Of a DNA stretch of 64,000 nt, positions 49,380 through 60,375 are shown piece by piece. Source of the DNA: Pristiophorus japonicus (lineage: Eukaryota); contig NC_091985.1 of the NCBI RefSeq assembly GCF_044704955.1, positions 41,478,001-41,542,000 of the forward strand. Reading direction: 5' to 3'. The number at the start of each line of letters is the position of its first letter. The stretch's first letter is position 1. The notes beneath the pieces were generated by a model that did no database searches, had not been told where the DNA came from, and saw nothing but the letters and a program-made list of their open reading frames with translations. Both the position numbers and the translations under genes were made by a program.

Positions 49380-51361
49380 ATAGAAACATAGAAAATAGGT
49401 GCAGGAGTAGGCCATTCGGCCCTTCTAGCCTGCACCGCCATTCAATGAGTTCATGGCTGAACATGCAACTTCAGTACCCCATTCCTGCTTTCTCACCATA
49501 CCCCTTGATTCCCCTAGTAGTAAGGACTTCATCTAACTCCTTTTTGAATATATTCAGTGAACTGGCCTCAACAACTTTCTGTGGTAGAGAATTCCACAGG
49601 TTCACCACTCTCTGGGTGAAGAAATTCCTCCTCATCTCGGTCCTAAATAGCTTACCCCTTATCCTTAGACTGTATCCCCTGGTTCTGGACTTCCCCAACA
49701 TTGGGAACATTCTTCCTGCATCTAACCTGTCTAACCCCATCAGAATTTTAAACGTTTCTATGAGGACCCCTCTCATTCTTCTGAACTCCAGTGAATACAA
49801 GCCCAGTTGATCCAGTCTTTCTTGATAGGTCAGTCCCGCCATCCCGGGAATCAGTCTGGTGAACCTTCGCTGCACTCCCTCAATAGCAAGAATGTCCTTC
49901 CTCAGGTTAGGAGACCAAAACTGTACACAATACTCCAGGTGTGGCCTCACCAAGGCCCTGTACAACTGTAGCAACACCTCCCTGCCCCTGTACTCAAATC
50001 CCCTCGCTATGAAGGCCAACATGCCATTTGCTTTCTTAACCGCCTGCTGTACCTGCATGCCAACCTTCAATGACTGATGTACCATGACACCCAGGTCTCT
50101 TTGCACCTCCCCTTTTCCTAATCTATCACCATTCAGATAATAGTCTGTTTCTCTGTTTTTACCACCAAAGTGGATAACCTCACATTTATCCACATTATAC
50201 TTCATCTGCCATGCATTTGCCCACTCACCTAACCTATCCAAGTCACTCTGCAGCCTCATAGCATCCTCCTCGCAGCTCACACTGCCACCCAACTTAGTGT
50301 CATCCGCAAATTTGGAGATACTACATTTAATCCCCTCGTCTAAATCATTAATGTACAGTGTAAACAGCTGGGGCCCCAGCACAGAACCTTGCGGTACCCC
50401 ACTAGTCACTGCCTGCCATTCTGAAAGGTCCCCATTTACTCCTACTCTTTGCTTCCTGTCTGACAACCAGTTCTCAATCCATGTCAGCACACTACCCCCA
50501 ATCCCATGTGCTTTAACTTTGCACATTAATCTCTTGTGTGGGACCTTGTCGAAAGCCTTCTGAAAGTCCAAATATACCACATCAACTGGTTCTCCCTTGT
50601 CCACTCTACTGGAAACATCCTCAAAAAATTCCAGAAGATTTGTCAAGCATGATTTCCCTTTCACAAATCCATGCTGACTTGGACCTATCATATCACCTCT
50701 TTCCAAATGCACTGCTATGACATCCTTAATAATTGATTCCATCATTTTACCCACTACCGATGTCAGGCTGACCGGTCTATAATTCCCTGCTTTCTCTCTC
50801 CCTCCTTTTTTAAAAAGTGGGGTTACATTGGCTACCCTCAACTCCATAGGAACTGATCCAGAGTCAATGGAATGTTGGAAAATGACTGTCAATGCATCCA
50901 CTATTTCCAAGGCCACTTCCTTAAGTACTCTGGGATGCAGTCCATCAGGCCCTGGGGATTTATCGGCCTTCAATCCCATCAGTTTCCCCAATACAATTTC
51001 CCAACTAATAAGGATTTCCCTCAGTTCCTCCTCCTTACTAGACCCTCCGACCCCTTTTATATCCGGAAGCTTGTTTGTGTTCTCCTCAGTGAATACCGAA
51101 TCAAAGTACTTGTTCAATTGGTCTGCCATTTCTTTGTTCCCCGTTATGACTTCCCCTGATTCTGACTGCAGGGGACCTACGTTTGTCTTTACTAACCTTT
51201 TTCTCTTTACATATCTATAGAAACTTTTGCAATCCGTCTTAATGTTCCCTGCAAGCTTCTTCTCGTACTCCATTTTCCCTGCCCTAATCAAACCCTTTGT
51301 CCTCCTCTGCTGAGTTCTAAATTTCTCCCAGTCCCCGGGTTCGCTGCTATTTCTGGCCAAT
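49380..51361 (-). mobile_element. Young 5'-truncated CR1 LINE
   Basis: Complete 3' UTR and tail, with an uninterrupted ORF2 segment. Confidence 0.96.
49471..51360 (-). CDS. CR1 ORF2 RT-containing segment, 629 aa open but N-terminally truncated (no endonuclease; probably not expressed)
   Basis: [50 protein letters not shown] and WNSLP, all in one frame. Confidence 0.85.
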   Translation of the reverse strand: MARNSSEPGDWEKFRTQQRRTKGLIRAGKMEYEKKLAGNIKTDCKSFYRYVKRKRLVKTNVGPLQSESGEVITGNKEMADQLNKYFDSVFTEENTNKLPDIKGVGGSSKEEELREILISWEIVLGKLMGLKADKSPGPDGLHPRVLKEVALEIVDALTVIFQHSIDSGSVPMELRVANVTPLFKKGGREKAGNYRPVSLTSVVGKMMESIIKDVIAVHLERGDMIGPSQHGFVKGKSCLTNLLEFFEDVSSRVDKGEPVDVVYLDFQKAFDKVPHKRLMCKVKAHGIGGSVLTWIENWLSDRKQRVGVNGDLSEWQAVTSGVPQGSVLGPQLFTLYINDLDEGIKCSISKFADDTKLGGSVSCEEDAMRLQSDLDRLGEWANAWQMKYNVDKCEVIHFGGKNRETDYYLNGDRLGKGEVQRDLGVMVHQSLKVGMQVQQAVKKANGMLAFIARGFEYRGREVLLQLYRALVRPHLEYCVQFWSPNLRKDILAIEGVQRRFTRLIPGMAGLTYQERLDQLGLYSLEFRRMRGVLIETFKILMGLDRLDAGRMFPMLGKSRTRGYSLRIRGKLFRTEMRRNFFTQRVVNLWNSLPQKVVEASSLNIFKKELDEVLTTRGIKGYGEKAGMGY

Positions 51362-52899
51362 TAGGGATGTTTGTCACTTGGGTCAATCACATAAGGAACT
51401 TAAACAGTGATGAAATCCATGCTGTATATTAGAATTCCCAACAGAACTCGGTCATAGCATGGCACTCTTTCTGCGTGGCGCTGCATGGCACTTAAAACTG
51501 CTGAGTTATTCAAGCCCCACTTTGGCAATGCCAGGGGGAAATTACTGAGTGTGAAGTAAAATTATGCTGTAAATCGAAGGAATATGAGGAGAAATGTTCC
51601 ATCATCCTTGTATGTAACATTTTTTTTCTCAGATTATAATTTATATCTAATGTTGCCATAATTCCAGGGGATTTGTCCTCCCCCATTTCTCCTCCATGGA
51701 TAATAGTTGCACACCGACTCGGTTTCAAAACTCAGGAAGATGGAAAATTATGCAATAGTTTTTAAAAGTAAAAATCGATAAATATTTTACCTCTGGTATA
51801 AACTGTGAAAATGAATTAAATGTGAAATGTTTAAGCAAAAAGAGTTGGTGTGAAATTCATGCACAGTACTTGTGAAAAGATAATAAGGGTAATGTAATCA
51901 GAGATTGAGTAGATTCCAAAAGGCATGTCCAAACTCACTTTGGAAATAAGGATTTAAAAGTAATTATTTTAAATGTAAACTGTGATAAAGTAACCACTCA
52001 CTAACAGCTCTCGCGCATCTTAATCTCCTGAAGCAATTTTAATTATTTGTGACTCTGATTCACAAAGAAAGTATATAACATAATCTTGCTAGAACAAGTT
52101 GCCTTATTACAACATTTCATGTGGTCCCTAAAGGAAGTGATTTTGGAGGTGGGGGCCGCACATTGTTTATATAATGGATGGTTTAGCAATTGCAGCAATT
52201 TGGAATACATATCTGCTGCTGAACTTGTGTAATTGAGGAAAGAATCCACCTTCAGCTCTGCAAGTTCTCTTCTGCTGGAGTGAAATACAAAGGATAGGCC
52301 TGCAGGTGCTGTCTCATTGAAACTATTTGGAATATTTGATCAATGTGATGTCCTGAACTGGTTTTGATCGCCTGAGGGTTTGGAGAAGTACCCTCTGATC
52401 AGAGATTTAGTTTTCCCTTTAGCCCTGTTTTTTTTTTGAGGCTCCCAGGAAGATTACATGGTTGCAGGGGAGGGGGTTGTGGGAAGTGTCTAATCAGGCA
52501 TCATCAATGTGGGACAGGATTGATAGATCTTTTCCTGCCCATCATTTTTGTATGTTCGTATATTTGCCAACACGTTCCAGAAAAATTCATCTCCTGTGAT
52601 AGCTCAGCAAGTTTATTCAATGAGCAGTTGAGTAGCGAGACCCAGAAATTCTGAAATCTGAGTTTTTTGTTTTTCACTTACCATATCTTGTTTTGGTTAT
52701 GGTTGTGGAAAGTATCCTTCAATTGAAAAATGATTGCCACTTTCTGAAGATGAATAATCCACCTTTCAGTCATTGGCCTGGTTACAGCATACTTTCCTAA
52801 CACTTACTTTTCTACTGTTGCCTCCATTATCATGGCAAATATAGGTTTTCTAAAAATAGGCATCAGATAACTTAAGCTGTATATGTATAAACCCTTTTA

Positions 52900-53385
52900 T
52901 TACATAGAATTACATAGCATATACGGCACAGAAACAGGCCATTCAGCCCAACCAGTCCATGCCAGCGTTTATGCTCCACTCCAGCCACCTCCCATTCCTT
53001 CCTCGCCTAACTATCAGTATAACCCTCTATTCCCTTTTTCCTCTCTAGCTTATCTAGCTTGCTCTTAAATGCATCTACACTATTTGCCTCAACCACTTCT
53101 TGTGGTAGCAAGTTCCACATTCTCAGCACTCTCTGGGTAAAGACGTTTATTCTAAATTCCCTATTTGATTTCTTGGTGACTATCTTACATTGATGGCCTC
53201 TAGTTTTGCTCTTCCCCACAAGTGGAAACATTCTCTCTGTATCCACTCTTATCAAAATCTTAGGTCACCTCTCAGCTGTTTCTTTTCAAGAAGCTGCCTT
53301 TCCTGAAGCGTATAACCTCGCTGTTCTGGTATCATCCTTGTAAATCTTTCTGGCACCCTCTCCAGTGCCTCTATATCCTTTTTAC
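52900..53385 (-). mobile_element. CR1 3' fragment (a second, more decayed one at about 53745-54020)
   Basis: tacatagaattacatagc tail; TRGHQ.KIVTKKSNREFR..FTQRV..WN. Confidence 0.85.
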
Positions 53386-56300
53386 CATAATAACTACAAC
53401 GCCCCTCCTGTTTTCTCCAAGGTATGCCCCCATTTATGAGGGCATCTTCTCTGTACCCAAGGGGACAGGATTATTATAGTATGGTAGTCATTGCTGTTTT
53501 TGAAATGAATCTGTGCCAATCTTAACATGGGACACCGGATAGCAATAAACATGCTTGTTTCCCCGTTCTACAGACAGAGGGCACTGAGGCCAATTATGCC
53601 TGCTGATTTGGCTAAGTTCAAGTGACAGTGTAGACCGGGGATCAAATCTAGGAATTTCATCTGTTTACCATTTGAGCTTCTAAGGTGCTTGTTGCCCTAA
53701 TTCTATAATAATCTTCCACAGATACAAATTGTGGTACTTTTAAGCAAAATGCTGGCCCAACTTGTCCCTACTGGTGTTTTGTGCTCCACTCGAGCCTCCC
53801 CACCCCTCCCCCCCCACTTCTCCATCTAATCCTATCAGCATATCCTTCTATTATTTTCTTTCTCATGTGTTTATTTAGCATCCCCTTAAATGCTTCTATG
53901 CTATTCACTTCAACTGCTCCTTGGGGTAGCGACTTCCAAATTCTAACTGCTCTGGTTAAAAAAATTCACTATTGGATTTATTAATGACTAGCTTATATTT
54001 ATGGCCGTTAGTTTTGGTCCCCCCTCCTCCTCCATCCCCCACCACGCGTGCCACACACGCATACACGTTGGGCAATAGTGTGCAGACTTTAATGCCGATA
54101 TTGTCATGAACTCCACCAGACAGTTTGTGTGAGTGGGTGAATGATTTTGTACCCCACAAAGTGGTATGTAAGTTAGCTCCTGTAATTTTGCACACAACAC
54201 CTAATCCAAGCTGGTGCAAGAGGGAAAGGTTAGCAGAAACTGGGTGTTTCCATAAGAATGGAAAATCACTTGTGTCTAGGCACCACTAACTGCTGTTTAT
54301 TTTGTTAACATTGACAAATGTTTGAGAACAGAGACTTGAAGAATGCTGCTTGGAGTTGGGAGCCATTGGATCGAGAGGCTAGCGGAGAGAAATATGTCAA
54401 ATAGCTTTAAAGATTTTACTGATTGCTGGTTCACAAGATGGCAGAACACTTTGTTTTATTTTTAATAGAATTAGTAATTTTAATAACCGTTTTATAGTTC
54501 AATGGACGGTTGGATTGTTTCTCCCCCCAGATCGACAGGATTGCAATTCTAAACCAGAGTTTTGCAATCTTGTGAATGACTTAGGCATTTAGAAATAATT
54601 TGGACATTTGTTAAACTGCCTCCAGTTCAAGAAAGCTAAATTACAGGTTGTGTAGAGCGAGGGAAATTGATCTCCCATTGAAACACTTCAGCAATATGAT
54701 GACTATCTTCAAAAATATTAATTCTTGGAGATTAACTGTTTCCCTGTGGGATGCTTCCACTGAGAGTAGAAATTCCGAGGATAAAAAGGGTTAAAGGGAA
54801 GTTCACTCTGGTGCAATTTTACAAAAGAAAACCTTTGTTTAAAGTTTTACAGACTGTTTTTGCCATTACTGAATCTTTATTTCGCTAACCACCTTTTCAA
54901 AGGCAATTTATAATGCCAGTCCAGTTTATCATACCTTAAACACAAAATTTGTTGGCTACATTTACACACAAAACTGGCTTACAATTGAGTGAATTGGATG
55001 TTCATTGAATTTAGCCTTCCTGAAAAGGAAATTCCTTTTCTTTTATTGTGGTTAAATCCAATATGTAGGGTTGATTCTTTTTACATCTGAGAATTCTATG
55101 GTGCCTATGTGGACAGTTAAAGTGAGGATTAGTTACTTCTTAGCAAGCGTCCACAAAGAAATAGCTGAGGAGGATAAAGGTCAGGCTGGCACAAGGAGAA
55201 GTAACAGATTAGATGAACCGAGATTAATGTGATTAATGTTCATTACCGGTTTAACGTGGAAAGGTTTGGCTTGTATAGGTTTTAGAAGTTAAATTTGGGA
55301 TTACTTTTCATTAATCTATGGGCAGTGGATTTTGACACAAAAGTCAGCCAGTGAAAAGGTGGAATATTTACATCAAAATAGGCACTTTATCCAAGATATT
55401 TATGAATAGGTGTTTTATGATCTGATGAAAGCACACAGGTCTGTGTTTATACAGCGTATGCAGTCAGACAGGGAAGGCTCCAGGCTGGCCTTACCAGAGA
55501 TGTGACATGGAATGTTTTCAGTAATCCGCAAACAAATTACATCATTGAGTTTACAATATTGATAAAGTGTAATAAAAATGAGCACAGCACTTGAGCAACT
55601 TGGCCTGTGTCAGGTGAAAGTTAAATGTTGAATTTACATGAAGCCATAGAGCAGTGTTTACAATTGCACAGACCAGATGTCTTGATTAATCCATTACAAT
55701 AACCAGGTCTGACAAGAACATGGATTCAGTGCACTTACCTTTCTGTTTATCATGAAATGTTCACTAAACAGTGAAAGCCATAGATAAGCATTCAGTGCTC
55801 CTCTCACTGTCTGTGGAAACCCTACACAGTTGAACTGTTTTTTGTTAAATAGGTCTGACATTTTTAAAAGCATTTTCACTTGTGCTTGTGCATGGTGAAA
55901 TTATTAATAATGTGCCCTATGGAAAACATCAGTTTATTCGAGGGAACCATATAAATTTTTTTTGGGGGTGGGGGTATCTCGTATACGTTAACTTGATGAA
56001 AATATTATATTTTAACTTTGTTGAACTAGTATCCCTAAGATTTCTTCCTGCGTGCAAAGCACTAGCAAGGAGTTGTAATCTGCAAAAAAAACGAATTGAC
56101 AGTACACAGTGAATCAATTTTAACTTGACAAAATGGGCATTAATAGGGCAAAATGGGGTCAGTAGACTTACAGCCACATTAACATTGAAAATAATCCCAC
56201 TGCCACTTTGAGGGGCTGACCGCTAATTAGCCGAAGAACCTGCCTGTTTATAATATGCAAATCAGAGTTCCACAACATCGGACAATTGCCATTTTAGGAT

Positions 56301-57919
56301 AGAACTGGTCTAAGCATGCACCATACACAGACTCATCAGTTTCACTGGCACTGGAACGGAAGAGTCCCTAGGTAGGTCCCTCCGGCACCACAAAAATGTG
56401 AGCCACTGTCATACTAGGCCGATTGTGACATCTCTCTCAAACTTGCCATGCTGCTGGCCAGGTGGCTTCCAGGCTGACTGACTTTATCCATGCCAGCCTT
56501 AATCCGGCGAGCTGCATTGGGACATCTGTTTGGTGCCCGCAGCTTGCTGGTTCCATTGAAATGAGGCTGGGCTCCAAAATGGCTCCGGCCTCTCGTCTCC
56601 TGGGATGGAAAGTTAAAATAGACCCCAAATGTCAGTACTGCAGTATCTCCAATTATTGTTATAGAGCTCTTGGAAGTCTTTTGAAATTATGTTCGGAACT
56701 CCAATATATGAAATAATCAACATTGCCTTTTAGAGATCTCTTCTGCTTCCCTTCACCACCAGCCCCCACCCCCCAGTAATTTGAAAGATGTAGGTGTAGT
56801 TGGTTGAGTGTTCATTCCAGGCAGCTTTTAACAGGTTGGTAACATTTTGTTCTGCTAACCATCGTTCTTGTTTTGTCAAGTGATGAAATTGTCTATAGTA
56901 ATGATCAGAAGCCACATCACATTACCTTAAGATACATTGTGGCACAGCTTTTAGCAACAAAACGGTTTGTAAATAATTGCAACTGATTAGTCTGTAATCA
57001 CTGAGCAATATTTATTTATTTGGTTGAGTACAAAAACAGTTGCACAATTAGATGCATCAGACTGAATCATCGGGATGTACTTGGATCAGTAGTGATTGGG
57101 GGAGAAACAGTTCTCCACGGTTAATATTAGTGGTGCTTTACATCCCCAGTGTGAATGACTTCATTTTGCCTTTCTCTGGATGAACTTAGTCGACCGTACC
57201 CTCCTCCTCCAATGCCTCTTCTTCATTGTTCAGCTCAGCAGGACTGCCTCACCATTGTTTCCAAATAGAACCAGGCTAAGAGCAGATTGAATGCATCTCA
57301 GATGGCTTTCCGAATGTTTGAGGCAAGTTGGTGCCGATGGATTGAAAAATAAAAAGGAAAAAATGGAAATGCTGGAAGTCTGAAATGCACAGCAGGTCTG
57401 TCAATATAAAGAGAAATGACTGGTCACAATGTACACGTATTCGCTTTCGGCATGTGGGTGACACACGGGCCTTCTCCTTGAACTGCTGCAGTCCTCGAGG
57501 TGATGACGATCCCTTAATATTAGTTTGGGATTTCCAAAATTTTGACCAGTGACTATGAAGGAACGGTGATTATATGTGCATGGTAGGATAGTGTCAAGTA
57601 ACTTTGCTACCGTGCACCATGTGGATTGTATATATTGCAGCTACAGTACGGTGGCGGCGGATATTGATTCCAGTTTTGGGGCTCCCGATCATGCCAACTG
57701 CTGTGACCTGGATGGTATTTGAGCTTCATGAGCATTGTGGCTGCTCCTATCCAGGCAAGAGGTGAGTATTCCTTCACACTCTTGACTGGAGCCTTGTGTA
57801 TGGGGGAGAAGCTTTGAGGGATTGGGAGATGAGCCACTTATTTCTGAGTACTCTGCCTCTGCCCTGCAGTTGTAGCTGTGGTGTTGATATTGCTGGTCCA
57901 CTTCAATTTCTGGTCAAGG

Positions 57920-58140
57920 CATAAGAAATTGAAGGACATTCGTTGGGCAAATAGCCCAAATTTCTCTCCGCGCAGGTCCTTCTCTGGGGATGTGTTGGAT
58001 CTGTCGAGACATTTTGACCAATCGGTAGTGCCAGCTTTAGGCGCATCGCGCATCGCGCGCCTAAATCTGTCAGTTGCGGGGCCTCTACGGGTGCATGCGC
58101 ACATTGTACTCGTCCTTAGTGACCTTGATTTTTTTTTGCC
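57920..58140. mobile_element. Fragment of the 19985-20726 MITE family
   Basis: aaggacattcg.tgggcaa..gttggatctgtcgag..ttgac..atcgg is shared with 20505-20620. Confidence 0.7.
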
Positions 58141-58159
58141 CATTACTTGGAAAATAAAA

Positions 58160-58890
58160 ATCTAAATGGGGTAGAGGAGCAAATAAATCTAGGAGTACAA
58201 ATGCACATCACTAAAAGTATCGACACAGGTTAACAAGGCCATTTTAAAAAAAAAAAAGCAAACCAAGCACTCGGGTTCATTTCTAGAGGGATAGAATTGA
58301 ACAGTAGTGATGCTATGTTAAACTTGTATTGTACCTTGGTTAGATTACACATGGAGTATTGTATGCAATTCTGGTCGCCATATTATAAAAAGGATATTGA
58401 GGCACTGGAGAGGGTGCAAAGAAGATTTACAAAGATAATATCAGAAATGCGAGGGTATACATAGCAGGAAAGGGTGAACAGGCTGGGTCACTTTTGTCTT
58501 GAAAAGAGAATGCTAAGTGGTGACTGAATAGAGGGCTTTAAAATCATGAAAGGTTTTGATAGAGTGGATACAGAGAGAGTGTTTCCACTTGTGGGGGAGA
58601 GCAAAACTAGAGGCCATCAATATAAGATAGTCACCAAGAAATCCAAGAGGGAATTCAGAAGAAACTTCTTTACCCAGAGAGTGGTGAGAATGTGGAACTC
58701 ATTACCACAGGAAGTGGTTGAAGTGAATAGTATAGATGCATTTAAGGGACTGCTAGACAAGCATATGAGGGAGAAGGGAATAGATGGGGTTAGATGAGGA
58801 AAGATGGAAGAAGACTCGAGTGGGTGTAAACATTGGCATAGACTAGTTGGGCCGAATGGCCTGTTTCTGTGCTGTATATCCTATATAATC
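58160..58890 (+). mobile_element. CR1 3' fragment
   Basis: MKGFDRVDTERVFPLVGESKTRGHQYKI..FFTQRVVRMWNSLP; CR1 3' UTR. Confidence 0.9.
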
Positions 58891-60105
58891 CTATTAATTG
58901 ACAGAGTGGTGGTAGAGCTTTGTGGGGTAGTAAGTGAGATGTTTCGTCCTGCTGTGTTAGAAGTTGTGTTCAGCCTGTATGTGTTAAGCTCACAGTAGCA
59001 CAGTCTTTATTTACATTAGGCACCTGTAGGAGAGGTTTAGCATCAACCAGACAAATAGTACTGCATGCTTTAACTGTTCAGGTCTTTATTTGAAAATAAA
59101 CATGGGATTTGCAATTTGTCCTGGGACCAATTAATTGCACATGTGGCTCTGACTACTTTGCTATAATTAAGACCTCTTTCACTAAAGTGGTTCCATTCCA
59201 TGAATATACATGTAGTTTGTAATGCAAAATGTCAAATTGCTTCCCTTGTTCCACTTAGTAGCTTTATTTGTCAGGCATCTTGCACCCTCTGTTTCTCCTG
59301 TTGGGTGGTCCTTCATGACTTGTGTTGTGGTCAGGTGCAGCATCTTTTCCTTGGTGTGTTTAATATCGACCAAAAACTTGATGGACCTATGTAGGGAATT
59401 ACACAACTTTCCTTCCGATCTTGAGATTGGTCTACCCAGGGATAAATAAATATTATAGGTGTGTGCCAAAATGGAAAGGGGTTCTAGACACTTCATCATT
59501 AAATGCAACTAAAGAAAATGCAAAGACCGTTCTTCATTAGTTCTCCATATATTATATAGGATCAGTAAATCTGCTGCACAATCGCAACCTTGGTGAGTTG
59601 CTGGAGTGCATCCTATAGATCATGTATACAACAGCCACAGGGTGCTTGTAATGAAGGGGACATTGTCGGGGCGCATAGCCTTTATTGCGTCTAGTATGCT
59701 CAGCTGCTAATTAATGTCATGTGGCGTAAACAAAATTGGCTGGTACTGTCGTTTGTAATGGTCGGGACCTTGGAGCCTAAGTTGGATTGTCCACTCGGCA
59801 TGAAGGCACCTGCACACACTTCAGTCTTGTCCCTTGCTGGGTTCCACCATGGTTGAAGATAAGAATGTTTGTGGAGCGTCCCATTCTTAACTGGATGTGG
59901 AAAGCTAGAAAGCTTTCCTCTGATCTGTTGGTTGTGGGGCTACTTAGCTCTATCCATAGCCTGCAGATTTTGGTGTTTATCATGCAGGTAGTCCTGTGTA
60001 GCAACTTCACCAGGTTGGTACATGATTCTAAGGTATACCTGGTGTTGCTCATGACATGCCTTTCACAATTCCAGTGAACCAAGGCTGGTCTCCAGGTTTG
60101 ATGGT

Positions 60106-60107
<2 letters not shown>

Positions 60108-60155
<48 letters not shown>

Positions 60156-60160
60156 GGAGG
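60108..60160. repeat. (GA)n microsatellite
   Basis: Direct reading of the gagaga run. Confidence 0.95.
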
Positions 60161-60161
60161 G

Positions 60162-60375
60162 ATGTCATCATAGGCGGTCCCTCAAACGAGGACGAATTGC
60201 TTCCACGCGTTCGCAGGTGTTTCGATAAAGGACCCGATGTTCCAGTCCTGAATGCCAATTGAGGGGGTGGAAGCTGCCTGTGCCTGGATTTTTTTTTTTT
60301 TTTAAACGTGTGGTGACCGTTGCACATCAGCCACCACATGGGTTTGACAGAGCCAGGCCTTTATCCAATGATGTA
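60162..60375 (-). mobile_element. Short element with an RTE-type 3' tail (RTE end or RTE-mobilised SINE)
   Basis: catcataggcggtccctc..gaggac..ttgcttccac parallels the RTE tail at 36045-36090, but the body differs. Confidence 0.6.

Noticed and set aside
51280-51365. 5' truncation of this CR1 lies within about 10 bp of the deletion breakpoint in the sister copy near 39955
   Set aside because: Only two observations; most simply a coincidence.
54535-54573. Hairpin acaggattgcaa..ttgcaatcttgt considered as a microRNA
   Set aside because: The stem is only about 12 bp, too short for a pre-miRNA, and there is no other support.
60056-60262. ORF with an RERERE run
   Set aside because: Translation of a (GA)n microsatellite.
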